DNA of 18,911 bases. It comes from Promethearchaeota archaeon. Lineage in GTDB: Archaea; Asgardarchaeota; Thorarchaeia; Thorarchaeales; Thorarchaeaceae. Both the position numbers and the translations under genes were made by a program. The DNA is taken from NCBI GenBank assembly GCA_048939765.1, contig JBHLPF010000048.1, forward strand, positions 1-18,911, read 5' to 3'. Positions within the stretch are counted from its first letter, which is position 1. Every line of letters begins with the position of its first letter. Shown piece by piece: positions 1-8,650 of this stretch. The notes beneath the pieces are model-generated. The model did not search any database, had not been told where the DNA came from, and saw nothing but the letters and a program-made list of their open reading frames with translations.

Positions 1-80
1 AGGAGAGGTAAACATCCGACAAACCCTTTTCTGGAGCCCAAACATGTAGCAACCATCAATACAAGCAGGGAGTATGCAAA

Positions 81-782
81 TTGGCTGAGCAGTTCCTAAG
101 TCGTCTCCAAGATATCGAGAAAGCCATAGCGGGCTTGGATGACACATTGAAGCGCATGGTGACGATTCTAGCTAACATGGATGAGATTCGTTCTGATATC
201 AGATTGACCAAAGACGAACTCCTAGAAGCCATCAAGGCCGCGCCTGTTCCAAGCTCAGACTCTGGAGGAAACTTGGACCACGTTGCTGATCTTGTCAAAG
301 GCCAATTTGACCAGATTGCTACATTTATCGGCGAAGCTGTTGAAGCCATGAAAGATGATATAGTAGATGCAATGAAGCGGATTCAAGCAGCTGCACCACC
401 TGCTACTGTCGTTACATCAGCACCTGCCACTGCGGCTGCTCCTATACCAGCTCCTGAACCTGAGATTGTAGTGACGCAGCCTGCTCCAACACCGGCTACG
501 GTGACAGTTCCCGCTGACAAAGCTATGATGATAGCTGATCAGTTGGACAGCATTGTTGCCAGTCTGAAAATGGGCTGCAAAGCAGGAGACGTTCTTGACC
601 AGATGGACGAATCCAAGGCCAATATTCTGAAGGTTGTTGAGAGTGATCCGGTCATGATAAAGATCGATCAGTGGAAGGGAATAGTTGCTGCTTATCCAAA
701 GAGGAAAGAGCTTCAGGCACGGGACATTTTGAAGATCAAGAAGGGCATACGTGCCGAAATTCCCAAGTACCGTCCAGCATAG
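81..782 (+). CDS. Hypothetical protein: N-terminal coiled coil, Pro/Ala/Thr-rich linker, C-terminal helical bundle (possibly Vps28 C-terminal-like)
   Basis: 233-aa ORF, TTG start with GGGAG upstream; heptad-like N-terminus (LQDIEKAIAGLDDTLKRMVTILANM); low-complexity linker (APPATVVTSAPATAAAPIPAPEP); ~85-aa amphipathic helical C-terminus. Confidence 0.8.
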   Translation: MAEQFLSRLQDIEKAIAGLDDTLKRMVTILANMDEIRSDIRLTKDELLEAIKAAPVPSSDSGGNLDHVADLVKGQFDQIATFIGEAVEAMKDDIVDAMKRIQAAAPPATVVTSAPATAAAPIPAPEPEIVVTQPAPTPATVTVPADKAMMIADQLDSIVASLKMGCKAGDVLDQMDESKANILKVVESDPVMIKIDQWKGIVAAYPKRKELQARDILKIKKGIRAEIPKYRPA

Positions 783-856
783 GCAGGTTTCTTTCCTTCG
801 AAATCGAATCGCGAAGTTTATAGCCTGAGATACGACCCCCCATTTGAGGTTGGAGG

Positions 857-1276
857 TTGATTCGCAGAAGAAAGAAGCCAGAGGAGGTTCCTCCGCCAAA
901 TCCCTTCAAGGCTCTGCTTGAGTTTACTGAGGCAGATGAGCAGTATGTCAATATGATGCTCAGGAAGACTGCAATGCGGACTTTGACGAAGCATAGAAAG
1001 AACCCACAACCGTCGGGCTCACAAGTAGTAAATCCGGAAGTACATATTGATCCTGAGATCGACAGGATGCTTCATGCAATTGAAACAAAAATGGGAATCC
1101 ATAACATACCCATCGTTCCAATCAGAAATTGCCGGAAGTGCTACTTCTCCTCAGCATTCAGAATTATTGCGAACGGTTGGTATTCGCTCTGCACAAACAT
1201 CGCTAGAGCACCTAGCCTGCACCGCGGAAAGTGGGTCCATTGCGAGAGCAATCTTTCATGCTGGAGAGCGCCTTGA
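857..1276 (+). CDS. Hypothetical protein with C-terminal Cys-rich, putative metal-binding domain
   Basis: 139-aa ORF, TTG start preceded by GAGGT; CRKC motif followed by W-x3-C and two further Cys (HCESNLSCW). Confidence 0.6.
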   Translation: MIRRRKKPEEVPPPNPFKALLEFTEADEQYVNMMLRKTAMRTLTKHRKNPQPSGSQVVNPEVHIDPEIDRMLHAIETKMGIHNIPIVPIRNCRKCYFSSAFRIIANGWYSLCTNIARAPSLHRGKWVHCESNLSCWRAP

Positions 1277-1301
1277 GTGTAGCGCTGGTCTCGGCTGTAT
1301 G

Positions 1302-1472
1302 CTATTCTTTTAGGAATCTTTTGATAATTCCCTCTACCAGTTTCAGATGCTCATCATCTAGGACAGAAATCTTTGAGCGTATCCAATCCACTCGCAATTT
1401 CTTCTCGACCAGAAATTGTCTCCCCTTGTGTGCAACAGCTTTTCCAGAGGTTCTAGGTGATGTTTTGGCCAT
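1302..1472 (-). CDS. Small basic hypothetical protein (~56 aa; the ORF can extend to 1511)
   Basis: MAKTSPRTSGKAVAHKGRQFLVEKKLRVDWIRSKISVLDDEHLKLVEGIIKRFLKE; amphipathic helices; fills the gap between neighbouring genes. Confidence 0.45.
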   Translation of the reverse strand: MAKTSPRTSGKAVAHKGRQFLVEKKLRVDWIRSKISVLDDEHLKLVEGIIKRFLKE

Positions 1473-1586
1473 GCGCGTTGCTATGACCAATCGAAAATAA
1501 GTGATTTCCACATGAACAACAGTCAGACCACTTTGCTAAAGAGGATTAAAAGCTAAACAGGGCTTGTCCAATTCCAGTACAATGAC

Positions 1587-3512
1587 ATGGAGAGCTTGCT
1601 TGGTTTGGTAGATATTCGCCTCACTATAGTTGACGCCAAAGGAAACCAGAAACTTGGTCGAGTCGATAGGGAAAATGTCAGTCTGTCCTGGCGTAATATC
1701 AATGAAATTGACCTATCTCCACTTGCAGGAAGCAATGACCTCAGAGAAATTCATCTTGGCGAGAACCAGATAGGCACAATTGACCTATCCCCACTATCAG
1801 AATGCTCCAACCTCCGAGTTCTAGATTTGTTTGGGAACAAGCTTGCTTCTATCGATCTTAGTCCACTTGCTTCCTGCAAGAGCCTAGAGATTCTAAGGCT
1901 CAGTTGGAACGAATTGAACCAGGCAGACCTAATTCAAATCAAATCATGCATGAGCCTTCAAGTTCTGGATCTCTACAATAACAAAATCAAGAGTTTAGAT
2001 TTATCCCCACTTGATTCGCTCTCAAACCTTAGAGAAATCCGCTTGAACGAAAACCAGCTTCGTGATATTGAGTTGAAACCCTTACAATTCCTCGAGTCTC
2101 TGGAAGAATTGGATTTGAGTTGGAACCAGCTGCGGGAAATTAATCTCTCCCCACTTAGGCACTGCTCAAATCTGCGTTCCATAAGTCTACAGGGGAATCG
2201 GCTGGCTAGCATCAATCTTGATCCATTGGGATCATGTCAAAAGCTCGAACGGCTTCGCCTCTATCGAAACATTATCAGCCAAATTAATCTACGCCCTCTG
2301 TCTCATTGCGTTAATCTTTTGGAGCTACATCTAAGCTGGAATCATCTCAAAACCATCGATTTGACTCCAATTGGAGCTTGTAAGACTTTGCAGGAGCTGC
2401 ATCTGGATGAGAATCATCTATCAGAAATAGACCTTGACCCTTTGGTCACTTGCCGTGTGTTGCAGGCTATTCATTTGAATGGAAATCAGCTTGAGTCTGT
2501 AGACCTCACTGCCTTTTCTTCTGGTACTTGTCTACGAGAAATCGGACTCAGCCATAATGCATTACAGAAGATAGATCTGTCGCCCCTCAGCTCGTGCGCT
2601 ACTATCGGGCATCTCAGTCTCAACAACAATCGTCTTGAGAGCATCGATCTCAAATCACTTGAAGTTCGAAATGCTCACGGGAAAATCGACCTCTACAACA
2701 ACAATTTGAAGACAATTGACCTGAGTCCTTTGCTTTCCCTTGACTATTGGGCTGATGTCAACCTTGACCTGCCAGTCATAGTGACTGTGGACCCAATATT
2801 CTCTGGAGAAGACCTCAATCTCAAGCTGTCGCCTGAACGAGACTGGGATATTAAGTGGCATGATTACCGATTGAAACTTGAGCGGGAAGGATGGGGCTCA
2901 CTAAAAGCAACTGTGATTGAATATCTTGGCAGACTCTCAGGTCGTCACAAATTGGCAGGTCAGAGGAGCTTCTTGGAGGCTTTGGGCATACCAGAGTTCA
3001 ATGGTTTTGATGGCGACTTGATTCCTATAGTTGAATCTATAGATGGCATTGAGGGTTACAGCCAGCTCATTGATAATCTGTACCAGATAATGGTTGAGCG
3101 TCTACGCGAGCAAGTAGCATCCAAGGGGAACACAGTTCTACTTGATGTTGAAAGAATGCGCAAGGGGATGGCGGCTGTATTGATTACTGACATTGCCAAG
3201 CGTCGCAGAGAAGAGATTCTTGAAACAACAGTGCGTATCTCAGATGAGATAGTGGACATAGAGCCCCTTCTCCTCACTGCTTACGGATTTGTAATATTGA
3301 CAAAATTGAAGATGCCTCTTGAAATTTCCATTCGGGACATGGAGAAGGTTCAGACGGAACTGAGCTATATTGGCCTCTCTTTTAAAACAACAAGAGAGAG
3401 AATAACCAACTATCCAGTCAACACATCTGGGGATATGAGGCAATATCTAAAACGAGTCTATGCAGAATCTCTGAAACAGACGCCGCGTAGGGCTAAAGGG
3501 ATCACTGATTGA
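1587..3512 (+). CDS. Leucine-rich repeat protein with an uncharacterised C-terminal domain
   Basis: 641 aa; about 15 tandem 24-aa repeats LxxLxLxxNxLxxIDLSPLxxCxx, then ~250 aa of non-repetitive sequence; no signal peptide or TM helix seen. Confidence 0.93.
   Translation: MESLLGLVDIRLTIVDAKGNQKLGRVDRENVSLSWRNINEIDLSPLAGSNDLREIHLGENQIGTIDLSPLSECSNLRVLDLFGNKLASIDLSPLASCKSLEILRLSWNELNQADLIQIKSCMSLQVLDLYNNKIKSLDLSPLDSLSNLREIRLNENQLRDIELKPLQFLESLEELDLSWNQLREINLSPLRHCSNLRSISLQGNRLASINLDPLGSCQKLERLRLYRNIISQINLRPLSHCVNLLELHLSWNHLKTIDLTPIGACKTLQELHLDENHLSEIDLDPLVTCRVLQAIHLNGNQLESVDLTAFSSGTCLREIGLSHNALQKIDLSPLSSCATIGHLSLNNNRLESIDLKSLEVRNAHGKIDLYNNNLKTIDLSPLLSLDYWADVNLDLPVIVTVDPIFSGEDLNLKLSPERDWDIKWHDYRLKLEREGWGSLKATVIEYLGRLSGRHKLAGQRSFLEALGIPEFNGFDGDLIPIVESIDGIEGYSQLIDNLYQIMVERLREQVASKGNTVLLDVERMRKGMAAVLITDIAKRRREEILETTVRISDEIVDIEPLLLTAYGFVILTKLKMPLEISIRDMEKVQTELSYIGLSFKTTRERITNYPVNTSGDMRQYLKRVYAESLKQTPRRAKGITD
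1677..2745 (+). repeat. Degenerate 72-nt tandem coding repeat (LRR array, ~15 units)
   Basis: Recurrent IDLSPL-encoding units at 24-aa spacing, counted in the translation. Confidence 0.85.
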
Positions 3513-3523
3513 AAAGCCTTGCA

Positions 3524-3784
3524 TTACCAACGTTTTCTAGTTCTGCTTCTTCGCGTTCGACTCCACGCCTTCTTCATATGATGAGCTCGGTGACGCGCCT
3601 GAGATGAAAACACCAGCAGGTTGTCTGAGCGGTTATCGCCTCTAATCTTGTTCTTATGATGAACAACTTCACCTGTACGAAGTCTTCGTCCCATCTTCTT
3701 CTCAGCAGCCCATCTATGTACAAGCCTTCCGGAATCCTTGAAGCGGAGATACCCATTGCTATCTTTGTACGTCTTTCTACTCAT
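3524..3784 (-). CDS. Small HNH endonuclease (HNH_3-like)
   Basis: 86 aa; GY...VHR...EVVHHKNKIRGDNRSDNL...H motif typical of HNH_3 / phage-type HNH nucleases; basic C-terminal tail. Confidence 0.85.
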   Translation of the reverse strand: MSRKTYKDSNGYLRFKDSGRLVHRWAAEKKMGRRLRTGEVVHHKNKIRGDNRSDNLLVFSSQARHRAHHMKKAWSRTRRSRTRKRW

Positions 3785-4024
3785 GTGCTGGAGTCATCTG
3801 GCACACCTAAAAGGTGTTATCAATCTGAGAGTTCGCGGAGAAGGCAGTCAAAATGCTTTAGTAGAGCTATGTCAAAAAGCAATACGGTGGGTTGCTAGCA
3901 GGGATCTGGTATTTTGCTATCAAAGATACCACACCCAACGAAGCCTTGCTGGCTCTCACCACTTGAAGCTAGACATTCTCATCTAGATACCAGTTTATTC
4001 TCTGCCGCCAATTTAAGCCCCCCT

Positions 4025-4426
4025 CTAGTCGGGAGCGCTATCTGCGAGATGCTTCATTGTCGCTAGAACTCGAATCACATCACTGGTACTTACAACGCCG
4101 ATAATCGCATTTCCTTCAATGACAGGAAGACACTTGACGCCTGCCTGATCCATTACAGCTATTGTCTGACCCAGGTCAGCATCTGGACTTATTGTGATTA
4201 CAGGACTTGTCATAACATCCTCGACAGTAAGTGAACTATATGCATCGTCCGAGAGCAGTCGTGCACCGATGATCTCCTTCCTTGTTACCATTCCCGCCAA
4301 GACATCGCCCCTCGTCACAATGAGACTGCCAATGTCCTCAGCTGCCATAAGCTTCGCCGCTTCTTTTACCGGTGTGTCAGCCTCTGACGTGACAATCAGA
4401 GACGTCATGAAGTCTCGGACCTGCAC
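4025..4426 (-). CDS. CBS domain pair protein
   Basis: Two CBS repeats: VRDFMT...IGSLIV...GMVT and VEDVMTSPVITISPD...LPVIE...GVVSTSD. Confidence 0.92.
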   Translation of the reverse strand: MQVRDFMTSLIVTSEADTPVKEAAKLMAAEDIGSLIVTRGDVLAGMVTRKEIIGARLLSDDAYSSLTVEDVMTSPVITISPDADLGQTIAVMDQAGVKCLPVIEGNAIIGVVSTSDVIRVLATMKHLADSAPD

Positions 4427-4460
4427 CTTTGTTCCTCCATTGCAGTACGTGTTTAATGAG

Positions 4461-5060
4461 TTACATCTCCGAGCTTTTCCTCTCCGCTCGGGTCTGTCTT
4501 AAAACGAGCTTGGCTAGCTTGTCAAATACGTCAGTGACAGCCGCTCCCGTCTTTGCGCTCGTTTCATAGTAATCAGCTTGAAACCAGTCACGCAGCATCA
4601 ATCCAGGTTCTACGGGGACAATTCTGCTATCCAATAGGTCGACCTTGTTGGCTGCAATCACTACAGCCGCATTTGGACACGTCTCACGGAATGATTCAAA
4701 CCAGTTGTTCATAGCCATGAATGTTTCGGGACGTGTCACATCGTATGCTATTATGGCCCCTGCTGAACCCTTCATAAACTGTCTACGCAACTCTCGATAA
4801 GTGGTTTGACCCCCCATGTCCCAGACTATCAGCCGTACTTGTCTCGTCTGTCCCTCATCATCAGTCACGCTAACATCCTTAGAAGCAAAGGTGGTTCCAA
4901 TGGTCTGCTTATAGTCGGCGTCAAATGAGTTCTCAGTGAACCTTCTAATTAATGAAGTCTTGCCGACGGCGGCCTCACCCAGGAGAACAACTCGAAACTT
5001 GAACTCATCAGACGAATCGTCTGAGGAGTCTGCTGCTGAGGGTGTCGGACCTTCCGTCAT
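4461..5060 (-). CDS. Rab-like small GTPase (Ras superfamily)
   Basis: G1 GEAAVGKTS, G2 TIGTTF, G3 WDMGGQ, G4 NKVD, G5 ETSAKTG; no C-terminal Cys prenylation motif. Confidence 0.95.
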   Translation of the reverse strand: MTEGPTPSAADSSDDSSDEFKFRVVLLGEAAVGKTSLIRRFTENSFDADYKQTIGTTFASKDVSVTDDEGQTRQVRLIVWDMGGQTTYRELRRQFMKGSAGAIIAYDVTRPETFMAMNNWFESFRETCPNAAVVIAANKVDLLDSRIVPVEPGLMLRDWFQADYYETSAKTGAAVTDVFDKLAKLVLRQTRAERKSSEM

Positions 5061-5120
5061 TCATTGGTGCCCCTTTTCAGGGTGCGCTATGCACCTGATG
5101 CCAGAATCTCCCTGCTACTT

Positions 5121-5137
5121 CTTATATCTTTTCTGCG
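5121..5137 (-). promoter_or_regulatory. Putative BRE/TATA promoter of the GTPase gene
   Basis: Minus strand reads CGCAGAAAAGATATAAG about 60 nt upstream of the GTPase ATG. Confidence 0.4.
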
Positions 5138-5141
5138 GGGG

Positions 5142-5170
5142 GTAGCTAGGGGGTCTTTTGACCCCGCTAC
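5142..5170. terminator. Stem-loop at the pheT 3' end (possible terminator or RNA-stabilising hairpin)
   Basis: GGGGTC-TTTT-GACCCC (5150-5165), extendable by GTAGC/GCTAC (5142-5146/5166-5170), overlapping the pheT stop codon. Confidence 0.45.
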
Positions 5171-6831
5171 CATTTGCCGTCCCTTGGAAGGAATATCTCA
5201 AAGGCCAAGGTGGGCGTACCAAGCTCAAGATTCGCGAGGACTTCCGGAGAGATTTCTCCAAACAGACCAATTGGCTCCCCATCCAGCAGAATGTCTGCAC
5301 ATCTTCCCTCGATAAAGGTCCGATCCTCTCGTCTTCTGTAGGAAAAATGTCCATCCAATCCCAGGTTCCTTAGGAGAAATCCAATGTCGGTTGCCAAGTC
5401 TGTGATGTTGACAGCTGTGTCTGTAACAAGTCCACACACAGATGGGATTTGCTGAATGCGAGTCTCCATCATCTCATCAGGAATTGTAATCTCTCCCACC
5501 TCGAAGATCTTCTGTGGATATTCTGCATGTTGATTTTGAGCGGCAAAGCCAAGAGCAATCGGGAGCAATGAGTTTCTCAGAACTGAATAGTCCCTGCTCT
5601 TGGGATTTCCAGTGACAACCAATGGTCGATCTCTGAGCACTTTGTTATTCAATAGGTCAGGGGAACTCATGATGTAGCTCATAATCTCCTGATATTCCGC
5701 TCCAACCATGAGGTCTCGTACCTTGTTCCTGAGCCCGGTCACTGGTCTTGCTTTGCCAGTAGTCATAGTCTGTGGCATCGCAGGCACTATTCTATCGAAC
5801 CCGTAGCCGATTGCAATGTCTTCAATGATGTCGACAGGGTGCAAAACATCAACTCGATAGCTCGGGATATAGACCTCAAATTGACCGCCTTTTCGGAGTT
5901 TCGCACTGTATCCGGTCCTGCTAAGTGCATCAATGATCTCATCCTTTCCAAGGTCTAGTCCAGTCAATTTGTTGATGTCATCGATGGGTACCACCATGAC
6001 TTCAGGTGAGAAATCTGGGGTTTCATGTATGGTGCCATCAGGATAGACCACGGTGAGGGATTCCACTCTTCCCCCTCTCTCTGCCAGTGAGGCGGTCATG
6101 ATATTAAGCGCCTGATGGATTGTAGGCAAATGTGTGCCAGTCACCTCAACAAAGAGATTGTTTGTTTCAGTAGTTATTCGACCTAGGTGATTACTGTTGA
6201 TGATTGGAGGGAGGCTCAATACCTTTCCCTCAGAATCCTGAAGCAGAGGCCATTTCTTGAAACCTGAGATAATTGAGCCATAGTCAATCCCTTTCTCATG
6301 TTCTGAGATGATGGTTGGACCATCCATCTCTATCTCATAGCCAAGTGGAACGAACCTGATATTTTCTGGCTTTTCAGGGCTATAGATTAGGGGGAATTCC
6401 ATCTCATCAAAAACGTAGAGACCTATGCTGGCTTTCTGTCTGTTTCTGCCATGAGTCGACGTGAGTGCTTCCTGGAGGTGCATATACTCCTTGATTAATT
6501 CGTCACTGGTCTCGACTCCTTTCACAATTGAACACACCAGATAAGGTCGTATCTTTGCGAGACCGGGTTTGACAAGTGCCTGGAGTCCTGATTTCTTCAC
6601 CTTGTAGTCCCGAAGTCCGGAATCAATACGAAGGAATGACCTAACAGCCCTAGCGATTCCTTCTGTTGAAAGCATATCCTGTCTGTCAGGATTTATCTCG
6701 ATCTCAATGATGTTGCCATCGATCTTCTCGACCTCTGCCTTAATTAGAAATAGGGTGTCTTCGAGTTTCTGAAGTGACATCTTCTTCCCGATCAGTGCAA
6801 AGAGGTCATCAATTCTGCTTTCGATTATCAT
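5167..6831 (-). CDS. pheT: Phenylalanine--tRNA ligase beta subunit (archaeal type)
   Basis: 554 aa; NPDRQDMLSTEGIARA, GRNRQKASIG, LSLPPIINS, YRVDVLHPVDIIEDIAIGYGF, LRNSLLP, FGEISPEVL motifs; directly follows pheS. Confidence 0.97.
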   Translation of the reverse strand: MIIESRIDDLFALIGKKMSLQKLEDTLFLIKAEVEKIDGNIIEIEINPDRQDMLSTEGIARAVRSFLRIDSGLRDYKVKKSGLQALVKPGLAKIRPYLVCSIVKGVETSDELIKEYMHLQEALTSTHGRNRQKASIGLYVFDEMEFPLIYSPEKPENIRFVPLGYEIEMDGPTIISEHEKGIDYGSIISGFKKWPLLQDSEGKVLSLPPIINSNHLGRITTETNNLFVEVTGTHLPTIHQALNIMTASLAERGGRVESLTVVYPDGTIHETPDFSPEVMVVPIDDINKLTGLDLGKDEIIDALSRTGYSAKLRKGGQFEVYIPSYRVDVLHPVDIIEDIAIGYGFDRIVPAMPQTMTTGKARPVTGLRNKVRDLMVGAEYQEIMSYIMSSPDLLNNKVLRDRPLVVTGNPKSRDYSVLRNSLLPIALGFAAQNQHAEYPQKIFEVGEITIPDEMMETRIQQIPSVCGLVTDTAVNITDLATDIGFLLRNLGLDGHFSYRRREDRTFIEGRCADILLDGEPIGLFGEISPEVLANLELGTPTLAFEIFLPRDGKW

Positions 6832-8349
6832 CTAAATCACCTCCCGAATGAAGCTTGCCTTTCTTAGCCAAGTCAGATCTTTTGAGAACAGATCTCTGAT
6901 ATCATCGATTCCCATGGCTGCCATATAGAGACGCCCTGAGCCTATTCCCCATGCTAGGACCGTATCCTTAATCCCCAACGGATAGGTCACCTCGGGTCTG
7001 AAGATTCCCGATCCACCTAGCTCTATCCAGCCAAGTTTATCATGCTTGCCAAAGGTTTCGACACTTGGCTCTGTAAATGGGAACTGACCTGGTTTGAACT
7101 TCAGCTTCTCAATACCCACTGCATTGCAAATAGACTTCAGATATCCCAGAAGGTCTCTCAGTGTGAGACCTTTATCCATGATTATTCCCTCACACTGATT
7201 GAACTCCTGTGCGTGCGTGGCACTCAGCGTCTCTGACCTGAAGTTGCGATCTATTATGAACATCTTCTGAGGGCTCTCTCGATGTTCCCAGAGATATCTC
7301 ATCGAAACCGGTGTCGTGTGAGGACGCAGGCAGAGCCTTGTTGAAATCTCCCTGCTGAAGGGCCAGTCCCATCCCTTTGATCCTGTGTTTCCTCCATTCT
7401 CATGCACTGCCTTTACGGCACGATAGTATTTCGCGTCTCTGATATCTCCGTGATCAAATGGAAACTCAATCCTGAACTGGTCCTGGACTTCACGTGCAAC
7501 ATGATCCTGAGGGACGAACAAGGTATCGTGCGCCCAGAACTCGGTTTCGACAAAAGGGCCATCCCATTCTGTGAAACCCAGTCCAATCATTATCTCTCTC
7601 AACCAATCATTGAACTCAACATATGGATGCTTCTTGCCATAATATTCGTAGGCAGGTTCCAACTCCACGTTGAATGGTCTGAAATCTTTGCCTTCCCAGG
7701 ACCTGGTGGTCAGCATTTCAGGTGTCAAATCCACAATGCCACTGACTTCTTCCTTGAGCAGATGCTCCGCTGCCGCTCGCATTTCTTCGGCGACCCTCGC
7801 CAGAAACATCTTCGATGTTTTGGCTGTGATAAGCGATCTTTCCAAAGCAATCTTCAAGGATGATTCATACCTTCGAGGGAATCTGTGCTCTCCTCTCAGA
7901 ATCTTCGAAAGGATGCTATCAATTGGAGTTTCAATGCTTCCAGCACTTGCAGAAAGAATCGTAGTTCCATTCTCCTTTGATATTGCGAGCCAACCATTCT
8001 TTCTTGTCCAGCTGAGAGCAATGCCTTTGGATTCCTCCGATATCCCACTATTATATACAGCCTCATCCAATTTGGCGCGTCCACCAAGCTTTGCGACAGC
8101 ACGAAAGAGCCTGACCTCCGGAAGACCATTCTCTGCATAGTCAAGCCCCTCATCCGTGAGATAATATGATGCAATTTCTTCTGTATTGAGTTCGATTAGC
8201 CCCTTTTGTGAGAGAGAGTTGAAAATCGAAACAACGCGTTCTTCATTTTCGCCAAGTCTTTTGGCGATGATTTTCGATGTTGTTCTCTCACTGCTGTCGA
8301 CCAATTGCTCAAGGACTGCTCTCTCTCCTTTTGTCAGCTGCTCGGTCAT
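6832..8349 (-). CDS. pheS: Phenylalanine--tRNA ligase alpha subunit (archaeal long form with N-terminal winged-helix domains)
   Basis: 505 aa; GLPE, GKKHP, LFVPQDHVAREVQD, LRPHTT, FRSE..SATHAQEFNQCEG, FPFTEPS, GSGIFRPEV, AWGIG motifs. Confidence 0.97.
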   Translation of the reverse strand: MTEQLTKGERAVLEQLVDSSERTTSKIIAKRLGENEERVVSIFNSLSQKGLIELNTEEIASYYLTDEGLDYAENGLPEVRLFRAVAKLGGRAKLDEAVYNSGISEESKGIALSWTRKNGWLAISKENGTTILSASAGSIETPIDSILSKILRGEHRFPRRYESSLKIALERSLITAKTSKMFLARVAEEMRAAAEHLLKEEVSGIVDLTPEMLTTRSWEGKDFRPFNVELEPAYEYYGKKHPYVEFNDWLREIMIGLGFTEWDGPFVETEFWAHDTLFVPQDHVAREVQDQFRIEFPFDHGDIRDAKYYRAVKAVHENGGNTGSKGWDWPFSREISTRLCLRPHTTPVSMRYLWEHRESPQKMFIIDRNFRSETLSATHAQEFNQCEGIIMDKGLTLRDLLGYLKSICNAVGIEKLKFKPGQFPFTEPSVETFGKHDKLGWIELGGSGIFRPEVTYPLGIKDTVLAWGIGSGRLYMAAMGIDDIRDLFSKDLTWLRKASFIREVI

Positions 8350-8513
8350 ATGTCTATCAAATCTCCTGAGATTGTATCGTGATGCTTGGAATGAGCCGCC
8401 TCATACAAACTGAGGTCGCAGAAAAAACAATCCATTGCTATAATGATGTAAATTGGCGGTACATCCCTTCTTCACCTATCTACTGCAGGTTCAGTCCTGT
8501 CTACCTTTTTAAC
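8346..8513 (-). promoter_or_regulatory. pheS promoter and long 5' leader with uORFs and hairpins
   Basis: TTAAAAAG TATA-like box at ~8505-8512 (minus); uORF1 MYRQFTSL* (8464-8438) behind AGGTGA; uORF2 MDCFFCDL...IDI* (8435-8346) whose TGA overlaps the pheS ATG; several short inverted repeats. Confidence 0.4.
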
Positions 8514-8589
8514 TTGTCGCCATTCAGTGGGAATGTCTGCTACGTAATGTTAAAATACGGACTTACACGCGATGACCATGGCGGTTGCC

Positions 8590-8621
8590 TGACGGCCACT
8601 AGTTCTTATAGAAATCCGTCA
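8590..8621 (+). promoter_or_regulatory. Putative aRF1 promoter: TATA-like TTATAGAA bracketed by inverted repeat TGACGG...CCGTCA
   Basis: TGACGG 8590-8595 and CCGTCA 8616-8621; SD GAGGTGA just before the ATG at 8651. Confidence 0.4.
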
Positions 8622-8650
8622 AATCAGATAAGAATAAGAGGTGAAACAGA

